Below are positions 11,375 through 24,445 of a stretch of DNA of 64,000 bases, piece by piece; position 1 is the first letter of the stretch, and each line of letters opens with the position of its first letter. Under the pieces are notes generated by a model. That model searched no databases, was not told the origin of the DNA, and saw only the letters and a list, made by a program, of their open reading frames with translations. The stretch is from Mobula hypostoma. Lineage: Eukaryota. The position numbers and the translations under genes were made by a program. The stretch lies in the NCBI RefSeq assembly GCF_963921235.1, contig NC_086108.1:60948001-61012000 (forward strand), read 5' to 3'.

Positions 11375-14300
11375 ATGGAACAGGCCCTGAGACCAGAAAA
11401 ATTAGACCTCAATCCGCAAACACCTGAAGCTGGAAACGCTTTCGAACTCTGGCTGGCCTGCTTCAAAGCGTATCTAGAGGAGATTAAAGCGACCGACCCC
11501 GTAGCGAAGCGCAGAGTTCTACTCTCCAGGGTCAGTCCACGGGTCTATTCGCTGATCAGAGACCAGCCGAACTACGACGGCGCAATGAACGCACTCAAAA
11601 AACAATACCTGCGGCCGATAAACAGCGTCTATGCTCAGCATCGCTTAGCGACACGGCAACAACGGTCCGGGGAATCGAGTGCTGAGTTTGTGCAGGCCCT
11701 ACAGACACTCGTGCGAGCCTGCAATTGCCAGGAGCTGACGACGGCGCAGCATGCAGAACTCCTAGTGAGAGACGCCTTCGTCACGGGGACCAGGTCAGTG
11801 TATGTGTGCCAGCGGCTGCTGGAAAAAGCCGATCTTACCCTAAGTTCGGCCATCGAGCTGGCTGATACGTTGGAGGCCGCTCTGCATAACTCCGAGGCTC
11901 TCCAGGCACGCGATCCCCCGATGGCCTCGTGAGCGCCACAGACCCCGCAACCTGCCGGCGAATCGACCTCGGCTGCAGCCAGTCGTGAGTCCGCGAAGTG
12001 CTACTTCTGCGGACTGGAGAAGCACCCCCGGAAACGCTGCCCGGCCCAACAAGCTACCTGCTCCAGCCGCGGAAAGAAGGGCCACTTCGCCAAGGTCTTT
12101 AAGTCAAAACCGCGAGCGGGATCGAGCAGCGCCGCGTGCGAGACGTGGGGGCCGCCATCTTCCCGGCACACTGCCACCACGTGCGAGACATGGGGGCCGC
12201 CATCTTCCCTGCACGCCGCCACCACGTGCAAGACATGGGGGCGGCCATCTTGGTCGACGCCACCTCCCACCGCCTATGACCAACGGGTGCTCACGGGCCA
12301 CCCCACCGCGCCGGACCAAGACAGCAACCCCACCCTGGCTTCCGTGACCCTCGACCAAAGCGCTCCCCACCAGCTCGCAAGGTCAATGATAGACATCCTG
12401 GTGGAGGGGTGCAGGACAAGCTGCCTGTTTGACACAGGCAGCACGGAGAGTTTTATCCACCCGGCCACGGTGCAGCATTGTGGACTCATGATACGGCCGG
12501 TAAGTCAGAGGGTCACCATGGCCTCCGGGTCGCATACAACAGACATCCGGGGAGGGGTTGTGTAGCGACGCTAGTGGTGCAGGGCACAGAATATCGGGAC
12601 TTTAAGTTACTGGTCTTGCCTCAACTGTGTGCCCCTGTGCTGTTGGGGTTGGACTTCCAGAGCCACCTGAAAAGCGTGACAATGGAGTATGATGGGCCCC
12701 TCCCACCAATTACTGTCATAAATCCCCAGTTTTGTAGAGATATGTCTCGTACCCTGCTACTGACCACACACACACACCGACCTGCGCATCCCACCCAACA
12801 CCATGCCAACTGCCACACTACCGACACCACTTGCGGCCTCTCCACCCTCAGGATCCCTCCCCCACCGCTGTTCACCAACCTGACCCCCGACTGTAAACCT
12901 GTGGCAACTAAAAGCAGGAGGTACAGCACGGGAGACAGAGCCTTCATTAAGTCGGAGGTGCAGCGACTGCTCAGGGAGGGGGTCATTGAGACAAGCACAA
13001 GTCCTTGGAGGGCGCAGGTGATCGTTGTTCGGAACGGGGAGAAGAATAGGATGGTCGTGGACTATAGCCAGACCATCAATAGGGTCATGCAGCTCGAAGC
13101 GTGCCCTCTACCCCGCATCGCGGATATGGTCAATCAGATAGCACAGTACAAGGTATACTCGACCATAGACCTAAAATCCGCCTACCATCAGCTCCCCATC
13201 CGCTGGGAGGACCGCCCTTACACTGCCTTCGAGGCGGACGGCAGGCTTTATCAATTCCTGCGCGTCCCCTTTGGTGTCACGAATGGTGTATCTGTCTTCC
13301 AGAGGGCAATGGACCGGATGGTGGACTAGTGCCAACTGAAGGCCACGTTCCCATATCTGGATAACATCACCATCTGCGGTCACCACCGGCAGGATCACGA
13401 CAACAACCTCCAAAAATTTCTCCAAGCGGCCAAATCTTTCAACCTCACCTATAACAAGTGTGTATTTGGGACCACCCGACTTGCTATCCTTGGGTGTGTC
13501 GTGGAGAATGGAGTCATTGGCCCTGACCCCGACCGTATGCGGCCCTTGTTGGAACTCCCTCTTCCCAATACCCTCAGTGCCCTCAAAATGTGCCTGGGCT
13601 TCTTTTCATATTACGCCCAATGGGTCTCTAACTATGCAGACAAGGCCCACCCCCTGGTCAAGTCCACCACATTCCCCCTCTCTGCCGAGGCCCACGCGGC
13701 CTTCAACCGCATAAAAGGGGACACGCCAAAGCAGCAATGCATGCGGTGGATGAGGCCATTCCCTTCCAAGTAGAGAGTGACGCCTCCGACTTTGCGCTGG
13801 CTGCCACCCTCAACCAGACAGGAAGACCAGTGGCGTTCTTCTCCCGAACCCTTCAAGGCCCTGAAATTCGGCACTCTGCGGTAGAGAAAGAGGCCCATAG
13901 TGGAAGCTATTAGGCACTGGAGGCACTATCTTGCCGGCAAAAGGTTCACCCTGCTAACTGACCAGCGCTCAATCGCATTCATGTTTAATAATCAGCAGCG
14001 GAGCAAAATCAAAAATGATAAAATTCTGAGGTGGAGAATTGAACTCTCCACCTACAACTATGACATCATGTACAGGCCTGGGAAGCTCAACGAGCCCTCC
14101 GATGCCCTATCCCGGGGAACATGCGCCAGCGCGCAGATCGACCGGCTATATGCCCTACATGTAGACCTTTGCCACCCGGGAGTTACCCGGATTTTCCACT
14201 TCGTGAAAGCCCGGAACCTGCCTTACTCCCTTGAGGAGATCAGGACGATGACCAGGGACTGCCAAGTCTGCGCAGAGTGCAAACCGCACTTCTACTGACC

Positions 14301-15284
14301 CAAAAAGGCACCACTCATCAAAGCCACCCGCCCCTTTGAGCGATTGAGTGTTGACTTTAAGGGCCCCCTTCCCTCCACCGACCGCAATGTGTACTTTCTT
14401 AATGTAATTGACGAGTACTCGCGGTTCCCCTTCGCCATCCCCTGCCCCGACACCACTACCACGTCAGTTATAAAAGCCCTGCGCAAGCTCTACACTCTGT
14501 TCGGATACCCATGCTATATCCACAGTGACAGAGGGTCCTCGTTTATGAGTGACGAGCTGCGCCAATATCTACTGGCTAGGGGAATTGCAACCAGTAGGAC
14601 CACGAGCTATAATCCCGGGGGAATGGACAGGTGGAGAAGGAGAATGGCACAGTGTGGAAAGCCACACTCTTAGCCCTCAGGTCAAAGGGACTGCCGGTCT
14701 CCCGCTGGCAGGAGGTCCTTCCTGAGGCACTCCACTCCATCCGCTCCCTGTTATGCACAGACACCAATGCCACCCCTCATGAGCGGCTCTTTTCTTTTCC
14801 CAGAAAGTCGACCACTGGAACCACCCTACCATCTTGGCTGACGTCTCTGGGGCCAGTGCTGCTCCAGAAACATGTGAGGAGCAATAAATACTCCCCGATA
14901 GTCGAGAGGGTTCACTTACTTCATGCGAACCCCCAGTATGCCTACGTGCTTTTACCTGATGGGCGGGAGGACACTGTCTCCATCCGCGACCTAGCGCCCG
15001 CAGGAGCACCGAGCCCCTACCCTGAACACTCTGTGGTGACTATTGACCCCGTACCCACCAATGTATGTACCTACGAGACACCGTGCACCCCAAACCCTAT
15101 ACAGACACCACACGACACTCCCACACCGGGCGCGACGCACACGCACGAGGGATTACCGACGCCTAACGCGCTGGCACCTGAAGTCAGGCCGGAGCCAGTA
15201 CAACCGCCATCGCTGGTGCAATCACCACTGGTGCTACGTAGATCACAGCGACGGACTCGACCGCCCGATAGACTTAACCTGTAA
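11375..15284 (+). pseudogene. gag-pol polyprotein with several stops and frameshifts
   Basis: Gag 11375-11932; zinc knuckles CYFCGLEKHPRKRC and TCSSRGKKGHFAK at ~12000-12100; LFDTGSTESF protease; RT (SPWRAQV, IDLKSAYHQ, PFGVTNG, YLDN); RNase H (SDASDF, LTDQR); integrase (HPGV..CQVC, SVDFKGP, HSDRGSSF, EKENGTVWK). Confidence 0.93.
12135..12252 (+). repeat. 45-bp tandem repeat (~2.6 units) between gag and protease
   Basis: CGTGC(G/A)AGAC.TGGGGGC.GCCATCTT starts at 12135, 12180 and 12225. Confidence 0.9.
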
Positions 15285-15352
15285 ATATACTTCTTGTAAA
15301 TATTGTCAGTCACTTCACCCCGCGGGACTCTTTTTTAAAAAAGGAGGGTGAA

Positions 15353-15581
15353 TGTGGTAAACCATATATATGTTGTAATTGGGTTACCTGTCTGGACACG
15401 CCCCTCTGCTGACTGCCCCTGTGGCTCCTCCCACAGATTCCTGAATAAAGGTGATTTCGTCTTGCCCCTCCTCCTCAGTCCAGGGGCAGACACTCACTGT
15501 GGAGGTCATATTGTACAGCGAATAAGCGCCTTTCAGTATTTTACTAAACCTCAGTCTTTTGGAGTAATTGAAGGTGCTTCA
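15353..15581 (+). repeat. 3' LTR
   Basis: Direct repeat of 11120-11348, preceded by a polypurine tract. Confidence 0.95.
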
Positions 15582-15829
15582 ACAAGATTGTTTGCATGCC
15601 AAACAAGAAAGAACATGCAACAGGCAGAGCTCAGTGATACTAGAACAAACAGATCAGATCCAAGATCTGCAATCCTGCATTGTCCAGCCATGAATGGTTG
15701 TGAACAAACTATCCAGTGAAGGAGTAGGCTCCACAAATATGACCTTTCTCAGCAATGGGGTAGAGCAAAACATCAGTGCAAAAGACAAAGCCAAAGGATT
15801 GACAAGAATCTTCAGCCGGAGTGTCTAAG

Positions 15830-16860
15830 AAGAGCATGGCGACCTGCCTTAATGACTATATTCCAGTAGTGCTTGCATGATCCGTAATGAAATGCTCTAA
15901 GAAGTTAGCAATAGTATGAATCAACTCCTGTCTCAGGGATTACTTGGATCTATTTCAATTTGCCTATTGCCACAACAGATCAACAGCAGAAGTGATTTTC
16001 TCTGACTTTTCTCTGCGCTAAGACAACAGGAATTTATATAGCCGGTTAGGCCCCGTTTATCGACTACGGCCCAGGTTTTAACACAATCATTCTATCCAAA
16101 TCTATTGTCAGGCTTCAAGATCTGAGCCTCTAAACCTCCCTCTGCAACTGGATACTCGACTTCCTCATGAGTTAATGAAGATTAGTAACAACATCTCCAC
16201 ATTACTGATCATCAGTACACCTCGAGGCTGTGTGCTTAGCCCTCAGCTCTACACTGAAACACACAGGACTGTGTGGCTAAGCACAACTCCAGTGCAATCT
16301 TCAAATTCACTAATGACACTACCATGGTACGGGTCATAGCCGGTGGTAAGTCACTTTACTGGAGCACGATAGGACACCTGGTTGAGTGGTACCACAATAA
16401 CAACCTTCTGCTAAACATCAGCAAAACTAAACAGCTGAATACTGACCTTACAAAGCGGGAGGAAAGCAAGCATGTACCAGTCTACATTGGGGCAGTCAAC
16501 AATGAAGAGAGTCAGCAGCCTTAAATTCCTGAGTTTTAACACAGCAGACGACCCGTCCTGCGCCCAGCACGTAGACGTAAACAGAAAAAAAAGCAGCATG
16601 CTGGCATCCTTACTTTCCTAGTAGGTTCAGCTTGTCACCAAACACTCTTAACAAACTTCTACAGGTGTACCCTTGTAAGTATCCTTATGGGTTGTAATAT
16701 TGTTCTTTCTTGTTAAAATTGTGTATAGCTGTTTAATTTATGTTTTCCTCGTGAATATTGCTTATATGCTATGTGTCTGAAAAGCTGCTCCAAGTTTTTC
16801 ATTGCTCCTGTGCAGACATATATTTGTGCATATAACAATAAACTCAAATTCACTTCACTC
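15830..16860 (+). mobile_element. Degraded Rex1/Babar LINE fragment
   Basis: CLNDY, LCNWILDFL, PRGCVLSP, KFTNDTT and NNLLLNISKTK motifs; AATAAA plus short-repeat tail at ~16840. Confidence 0.8.
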
Positions 16861-17994
16861 TACGTGGCATCAAGGAATGGGCAGAGGCAAAGGATACAGC
16901 AAAGGCCATGGACTGTGAAAACACAACATTCCAGTAAGAGGACTGAGGACGTGCTCCAGAACTTGCCTGCCCTTGGTCAAGCTGTTCCAGTGTAGCCACA
17001 ACACTGGCATCTACACAGCAATGTGGAAAATTATCCAGGTATACCCATCAAAAAGAAGCAGGATAAATAAACACGGCCAATTACCATATATCAGTTTACC
17101 CTTGATTACCAGCCAAGTGATGGAAAGAATCATCAACAGAACTACCAGACAGCACTTGCTTAGCAATAACTTGCTCACAAAAGCTTAGTTTGGGTTCTGA
17201 CAAGGTCAGTCAGCTCCTGGCTTTACAGCAGGCTTGGTGCAAAGATGGATAAAAGAACTGAACTCCAAAAATGAAGTGACAGTAATTGCCCTTGACATCA
17301 AGTCATTGTTTGATCGAATAGAACATCAAGGAGTTGAGGCACCTCCCCCAGGCCATTAGGCTTCTGATCTCCCAGCTGCATCACATTTAAAGTGTCACTA
17401 GCTAATCTGTTCCGTACTTCCCAATATTTAAAATTAACGCACTTTAGTTTGTTATTTACATGTAGATTTTATCCGTACTTTCATAAGTTACTGTGTGTTA
17501 TATGTACTACTGTGCTTTACACCCTGGGTTGAAGAAATGCCCAATTTCTAGAATAATGATATGGTTATATACATGCATATAATTAAGTGACAATAAAATT
17601 GACTTGATGACTTGACTGAAACATACATATGCTTTGAACTTTGTATCTCTAAATAAGAATAAAATAAAAATAAATAAGATTTTATGGGAATCAGGGAGAA
17701 CCTCTCTGCCATGCACAATGGAAGATATCTGGCGCCCAATCCACTCAGCCACAAATCATCTCTGCAGTGTTCCTCAGGGTACTGGGCCCAACCATCTTCT
17801 GCTGCTTCTTCAATGTCCTCCCTTCAATCACTAGTTTAGTAGCACGTCCTGATATTCATTTGCATTACCATCACTGAATGCTCTGCTACCAATATCCTGG
17901 AGGTTACCATTGACTAGAAACTGAATTGGGAAGTACATACCAGCAGGCACAAGGACTGCTCTTATAATAAGGCTACTGAACAGACCTCTTATAG

Positions 17995-18190
17995 AGCATA
18001 GAACATAGAAATCTACAGCACATTACAGACTCTTACAGGCACATCACAGACCATATAACCTACTCTAGAAACTACCTAGGATTTCCCTACTGCATAGGCC
18101 TCTATTTTTCTAAGCTCCATGTACCTATCTAAGGGTCTCTTAAAAGACCCTATTGTATCCACCTCCACCACCATCGCTGGCAGTGCATTC
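17995..18190 (-). mobile_element. CR1 3' UTR/tail fragment
   Basis: CATAGAA repeats and similarity to 4875-5050. Confidence 0.65.
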
Positions 18191-18364
18191 TTTGTGAATC
18201 TTTGCAAGATGAAAATTTTCTTCATGAGATCAAATGCCACTCGTATTTAAGTGACTGTTCCCCTTGTTACTGTAACAGGGCTGAAAATACCAACTCCTAA
18301 TATCTAGGTTCACTACCCAGGTGGGAGCTTTCTATGAAATTCAAAGAAGGCATGGAAGTGACCT

Positions 18365-18599
18365 TAAAAACGGAAACACGAGGAAACCTGCAGATGCTGG
18401 AATTTCAAGCAACACACATCAAAGTTGCTGGTGAACGCAGCAGGCCAGGCAGCATCTCTAGGAAGAGGTACAGTCATTGTTTCGGGCCGAGAACCTTTGT
18501 CAGGACTAACGAAGGGTCTCGGCCCAAAACGTCGACTGTACCTCTTCCTAGAGATGCTGCCTGGCCTGCTGCGTTCACCAGCAACTTTGATGTGTGTTG
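18365..18599. mobile_element. Palindromic PLE mini-insertion #2
   Basis: Arms ~18410-18508 and ~18509-18599; tail on the left; flanks ATGGAAGTGACCT (18352-18364) and ATGGAGGTGACCT (18600-18612), a 13-bp TSD with one mismatch. Confidence 0.9.
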
Positions 18600-21467
18600 A
18601 TGGAGGTGACCTGTGCACTTTGTACTGTACCATTTCTATGTGTGCATGTTATTAACTTTTTACCCTTAATTCACAAGGTTGATGCAAATTTTAATATTTC
18701 AAGTAAATTTTACACAAATATTCATTTACTGTCACAATCAATAAATGGCTCTGTTTCCTCAGTATTGGATTATCAACATACAAGCCAAGTATGTATGGTC
18801 AAGTGTCACTTCTATGGAAAATGCCGTTCTTAAGGTTAAGTTTTCATTCCTGTGAACGGTTTATTCAGTTATTTCTTTTCTGATAAAATCTACTCTTGAC
18901 CTGACAATCCACATTGTTATTTCCTTTCCCCTTTCTGTTTCCTTGCACTGAACATTCTGTGTAACGATTACACTACGTTCTGCATTATGATATCGGTTTT
19001 CCCTTGCACTGATTGATGAAATGGTCTGTGTGTATGGCATGCAAAGTAAAGTTTTTCACTGTCCCTTGATACAAGTGACAATAATAAATCAATATATATA
19101 TATAAATAATGTGGCCATAGGAGCAGCTCAGAGCGTAACGAATCCTTGTGAGTAACTTACTTCCCAACTTCCCAAAGCCTCTCCACCATCTACAAGGCTC
19201 AGGTCAGAACTGTGCTGGAATACACTCCAGTTGCCTGGATGAGTGCATCGTCAACAACATTCAGGAAGCTGAACAGTACACAGGATATAGTAGTCAGCTT
19301 GACAGGCACCTCATTTACAACCAGTCACTCCAACCACAACGCACAGTAGCAGCAGTCTGCACCGTCTACAGGATGCACTGCAGTAACTCACCAAGACTCC
19401 TTAGACAGCACCTTCTAAACCCACAACCTCAATCAGCTGGAAAAGCACGGGGACACCACCACATGAACATTACTCTATCAGCCACTCACCATCGAGACTC
19501 AGAAATATAACACTGTTCCTTCCTAAGTGTATTGTGGGTACACCCACTCCTCAAGGATTTACAGTGGTTCAATAAGACAGCTCAGCCCCACCTACTCTAA
19601 AGCAATTAGTGTTGGACAATTAACTTCTGGCTCAGCATGCAAAGCCTTTGCACATCCTTTAAATGAATAAAAAAAATGTTATCCAGGAATACTTTAGGAC
19701 CAAGTTTCTCTCAGTGCTGAGTTTCTGATATCACTCTATCATGTTTCCACAGTTACCCGCACCTGTGGTTTACAAGGGTAATTCACCACATACCACACAT
19801 TCAAAAACACATATAATGAACAAATTTAGTCATGTCATTTCTATTTTCATTTACTCCAGTAAAATCCTCACACTGGCCAAATTGAACACAAACTGCCTTC
19901 CCATTTCGTGTTCCTTCTTTTTAAAATCTTATCTTTTATCCTGACTCTGTCCGTACTTTCTGATGCATTCTAATGCTCGCGTACTCTGTCCCTCCCCTAC
20001 ACATTCTGTCCTGCACTACTTCTGTTTCCAGTATGAACGTGTGCCCTTCTGGATCTGCCCTCTGCCAAACTGGTTTTAAACCTCCCCAGCAGCACCAGCA
20101 AACTCTTCTGTGAAGGGTCCTGTTCCTGTTGAGTTGCTTTGTCGCTCCCGGCAACTGCGATAATAACAGTTCCAGGCCAAGCAGAGGGTTGGGGGTTTGT
20201 TTATTAGGGTTCGGGGAACAGCAGCCGTGGCCCAAAGAGCAGAGGGATAATGGAGGAAGGAAGAGCTGATCATAAAATACAGATCTTTCTTGGGTTACAA
20301 CACAGTTTAATTCCTGATAGCGGTTTGTAACCTGGACCATTAAGTCAGAAATGAAGGGGGAAAAAAAGTCGGTGGGAGAGAATCACAGAAAAAATTGTAA
20401 TGGGAGAGCGAGCAGTTGCAGGGAGAGTGGCCTCACGGACTCAGTCAAGTCTGCTCACCGTTCCTGGCCTTGTTCAGCTGTCAGAGCTTGGCGGCGGTGG
20501 TGGGGGTGGAGGACGAGGTGGAGACAAGAAAACACGTGGGAATATCTCAGCAGATTACTACTGCAGTCCTTGTAGTAAATCCATCCTATCAGTCTTGGGG
20601 GAACCAGTACCTTAGAGTGGAGCAGGAGAAATTTCAACAGTAGGCAACAAACCGCGACATATTTCATACTTCTCAATGCCACGGAAGACCATTCGGCCCA
20701 TTAGGACTATATCTGTTCTTAGATCAACTCCATTAGCCCATTTTTTCCTATTCTCGCAAAGTGGTCATTACTAATTTTCATCACATACGTCCCTCCCCCC
20801 CCACCCACCAACTACTTCATCCAGTCAGCTTTCCTTTTTAGATATTTTGCCTGTCATTTACAACAACCAATTAATCCACCAACCGCTGGAAGCTCATAGC
20901 ATTCTGGATATGTTTGTAAGTGAGGGAGAATATCTGTAGCTGCTGGAAATCTGTGATAATGACAAAAACCACCAGGGACACAGAAAGCGTGTGATGTGGG
21001 ATCATTGACCTAATCTGCAGAGGGTTTCTGAGACCGCACATGATGGAAATTTGGAATAAAACTTTGCAGTACACAGCGGCGAAGGCCTCAGAGAAATTCA
21101 GACACACTGCCAAAACTATCTACTAGTGATCATCTAGCGAATGGGATAACTACATACACTCATTCTATTCCTGGAGTTCCCAGAACTGATGGTCTCACTT
21201 AAGGGCTCTTTAACTTGTTATTTCATGCTCTCATTATTTATTGTCATTTATTTATATTTGCAACGCACAGTTCGTTCTATAGATTTGTTAAGTATGCCAG
21301 CAGATAAAGAACCTCAGGGTTATATGTGGTGACATGTACGTACTCTGATCATAAATTTTACTTTGAATTTCGGAATCTTTTTCGTGACTAACACCTCTCC
21401 TCATGCCCAACAACAGGTCTCAGGAGACTGTGAACTTTGCTACTAAAATCAAATTCATATATTCAAC

Positions 21468-21616
21468 CCTGAGCCAATAGGCTGGTCCTGGACTTATTTC
21501 CTGGCATAATTTACATATTACTATTTAATTATTTATGGTTTATTATTATTTAATCATTTGTAGTGCAACTGTAACAAAAACCAATTTCCCCCGGAATCAA
21601 TAAAGTATGGCTATGA
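21468..21616 (+). mobile_element. Rex1/Babar 3' UTR fragment, same family as 35258-37410
   Basis: Reverse-complement match to ~35260-35416 (CTGAGCCAATAGGCTGGTCCTGGACTTATTTC...AATAAAGTATG). Confidence 0.8.
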
Positions 21617-24445
21617 ACTTACACTGTTATATCCCATCAAAAAAAAACATTTCACAAAGCGTCTCCCTCTCCTTGTCCTTAACCAGTGTCTTTCTGTAGA
21701 TTTGTTCCAAATCTCCTGCAGGCCTTCTTTGAGCTCACTTTATCCACAAGATCCAACATTTTATGTTCCTTTGACTAAATATCTGCTAAACCATTGACAA
21801 CTCAATCTTATTTCCTCTGGCCATATTGTGTGATATAGTTAATTTTTTTCTTTCTCATCGGGTACTATTCATTTCCTTTCAAATTACCTCCAATTAAATG
21901 CTGGGAAGACTGAACACCCTTTATAACTTTCATTCTATAACTCAATTCCAGCTCAGTCTGAATCAACTTTTGAACTGGAATCAGACTGATAATAATCTAA
22001 ACATCCCAAACAATCCCAAGTTTATCTTCCAAACCATCGGCAGGAATCACAGCTTTAACTTTGTGATATTACACACCTTGCCTCTTCCTTCTTTTCATTG
22101 CTTGCAGAAGAGTCCACTCCAAGCTGCCATGTATGACTATCTACATACTACTGTCTACATCTTAACTACCTCTGTGCTTCCTCATTTACAGTCCTAATTG
22201 AAACTAGAACAGCTCATGACATGAACCCTTCTAGTACAGCAAGCTTTGGAAATCTACAACCACTTGTAATCCTTTCCTGGTATTTTGCACATTTGCCACT
22301 TAGAAACATCAATAATTGTGTCATCTGTTACACGGGGTCTTAATTAATTGAAAAATTCTCTCCCAGGCCAAATACACATGGTTCCACATGTAAGATATTC
22401 ATTAAAACCAGCCTTTTTGATTAAAATTATTCCCTTATGACATAGGAAGAAGTCATTTGGCTCCTTGGGTCTCTGCCAACTCTGAGCAAGCTCATTCCAC
22501 AGTTATTTTGCTGTAACCCAGTCCCTTTTGCATGCTTATCAGCTCCACTTGATTCTCCTACCATCCACTTCGATGGAACTTACAGCATTCAATTAAGTTA
22601 TAAACAACCATACCTTTGGAACATGTGAGGAATTGAGAGAACCTGGGGAAAACTATTTTGACACAAAAAGTGCAGGATGCACACAGATGGCATCAAAGGT
22701 CAGGACAGAAGTTGGGACAATGGAGTTGTGAGGTAGCAGCACTCTCTTTCCAGTCTTCCTCAGAGCTCATCTTACCTACAAGGTACAGATTTTTATGCAC
22801 CCTTGAGTAAATGTTCCCTTATAGCATTGACGACTAAACCCGACTTCCTCTGCCCATGTTGCCTGATACTGTTAATCTTTGTCAACTGAAATACTGTGTT
22901 GCTCCTTGTCCAAATATCCTGCTTGGCATCAATTTTGCTTGTTTACACTTCCCTGGAGATTATAGTACATTAAAGGCTCCATGTCAAAATGGAAAGTCAT
23001 TGTTCTACTTAAACAGGAAGTGAGCATACACCGGGGAAATTTACAATATGATCCCTCCATTAACAATCCAATGCAACTTTATCTGAAAATAACCAAGGAT
23101 AGTTGATTGATTCCTGATAAGCAATTTTTAAATACGATTATCTTCTCAGTTTGTAAAATAAGGTATGTCATATCTGACTAAAAGCTTGTAGCAAGATCTC
23201 CCACATCGCCATATTTTGTTGTTTGTGCTGGCAGCAAGAGCCTCTTACTATGGGGTCCAGTAATAAAAAGCTGACCTTCAAACCCTTGGTATTGAATAGA
23301 CAAACAACTCTTCCTCTCAGACCAATCAGCTCTCTGTGTGTCTTCAGTTTCTTTTAATACATTAATGACAGCTCTATCTTCAAAGGCCAGTACTGATATT
23401 CTGGATTTCATTCCATGGAATTCTCTATGTCCCTAAACCATTCCTTGAAACCTGCTTCTGTATTGAAGCTTTCAGTCCACCATTTCCAAGGTCTCACTGT
23501 TCAGCTGGAAGTCAAATCTTGTATAACATCCACTGACACCCCTCCAGATATATTACTTGGAAAAGACATGAAGGTTATTCAAGGCATGTTGTTCAGTTGG
23601 TGAACCTTGGGACTTGGAATCATAGCCAAGGGTGTGACTATCATTCATACTTTATGGAGCTTGTTCTGGTTTTATTAAGATAAGAGCGACACATTATAAT
23701 GCAGGGTCTGTGAGAATAGATATGTCAGAGGATCAGGATAGCGGAAGAGATATTGTACTTGGCCATTGAACTGAGAAGCAGGAGGAAGCTGAGGGAAGTT
23801 TTCTTGGAACAGAAGAAAAACAAGTGACAAGGAGTAAGGGGAATGCAAGCAGCACGAGACAGTCGTGGAGGAGCGATCAAGCTGAGCGAAGCAATGGACA
23901 ACAGTGTCACTGTGCTTCCTACCTTGGAGGCTGTGCTACAGACCGAGGGGTGAAAATGGTGTGCAGGAAGCTAAATTAGCTGAGAACAAAAAAAATGCTA
24001 AATTGATATACAAGCACAAGAGATTCTGCAGATGCTAGAAACATAGAGTAACACACACAAAATGCTGGAGGAACTCAGCAATCAGGCAACATCCCTGGGA
24101 GGAAATAAACTGTCAAAATTTCGGGCCAAGACCGTTCATTGGGGACTGGAAAGGAAGAGGCAGGAGCCACTACACGGTGGGGGAGTACAAGGAGTACAAG
24201 GAGGAGGGGAGGAGGGAGGAATTATTGAAAGTTTGAGAAATGAATGTTCATGTTGTCAGGTTAGAGGGTACTCAGAGAGAACACGATGTGCATTTGGCTT
24301 CATCTTGAGGTAGAGAAGACTATAGACAGGAATGTCAAAATGGGAATAGGAAGTCAAACTGAAATGAGTGGCCACCGCAAAATCCTGCCTTTCATGGTGG
24401 ATGGAGTGACCCCCCCACTCCCAAATCTGCGCTGAGTCTCAACGA

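Larger units (their letters stand above)
11120..15581 (+). mobile_element. Complete Gypsy LTR retrotransposon (4462 bp), probably Mag-related, disabled
   Basis: Two 229-bp LTRs (TGTGG...TTCA); flanks ACAGG/ACAAG (5-bp TSD, one mismatch); polypurine tract at ~15337-15352; gag-PR-RT-RH-IN order. Confidence 0.96.
10850..19676 (+). mobile_element. Old L2/Crack-group LINE split into pieces (10850-11119, 15582-15830, 16880-17335, 17680-17930, 19112-19676) by younger insertions
   Basis: Collinear remnants: TITIKP; LFQCSHNTGIYTAMWKI..LITSQVMERII; GPTIF; ILEVTID*KLNW; LSTIYKAQVRTVLEYTPVAWMSA; A-rich end at ~19670. Confidence 0.75.

Noticed and set aside
20400..20615. ORF containing ADYYC (Ig V-like) or YYCSPCSKS (zinc-finger-like)
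   Set aside because: No other Ig framework residues, recombination signal or His ligands are present; likely chance.
23178..23603. Short ORFs in apparently unique sequence
   Set aside because: No motifs or convincing splice boundaries; the upstream frames are closed.
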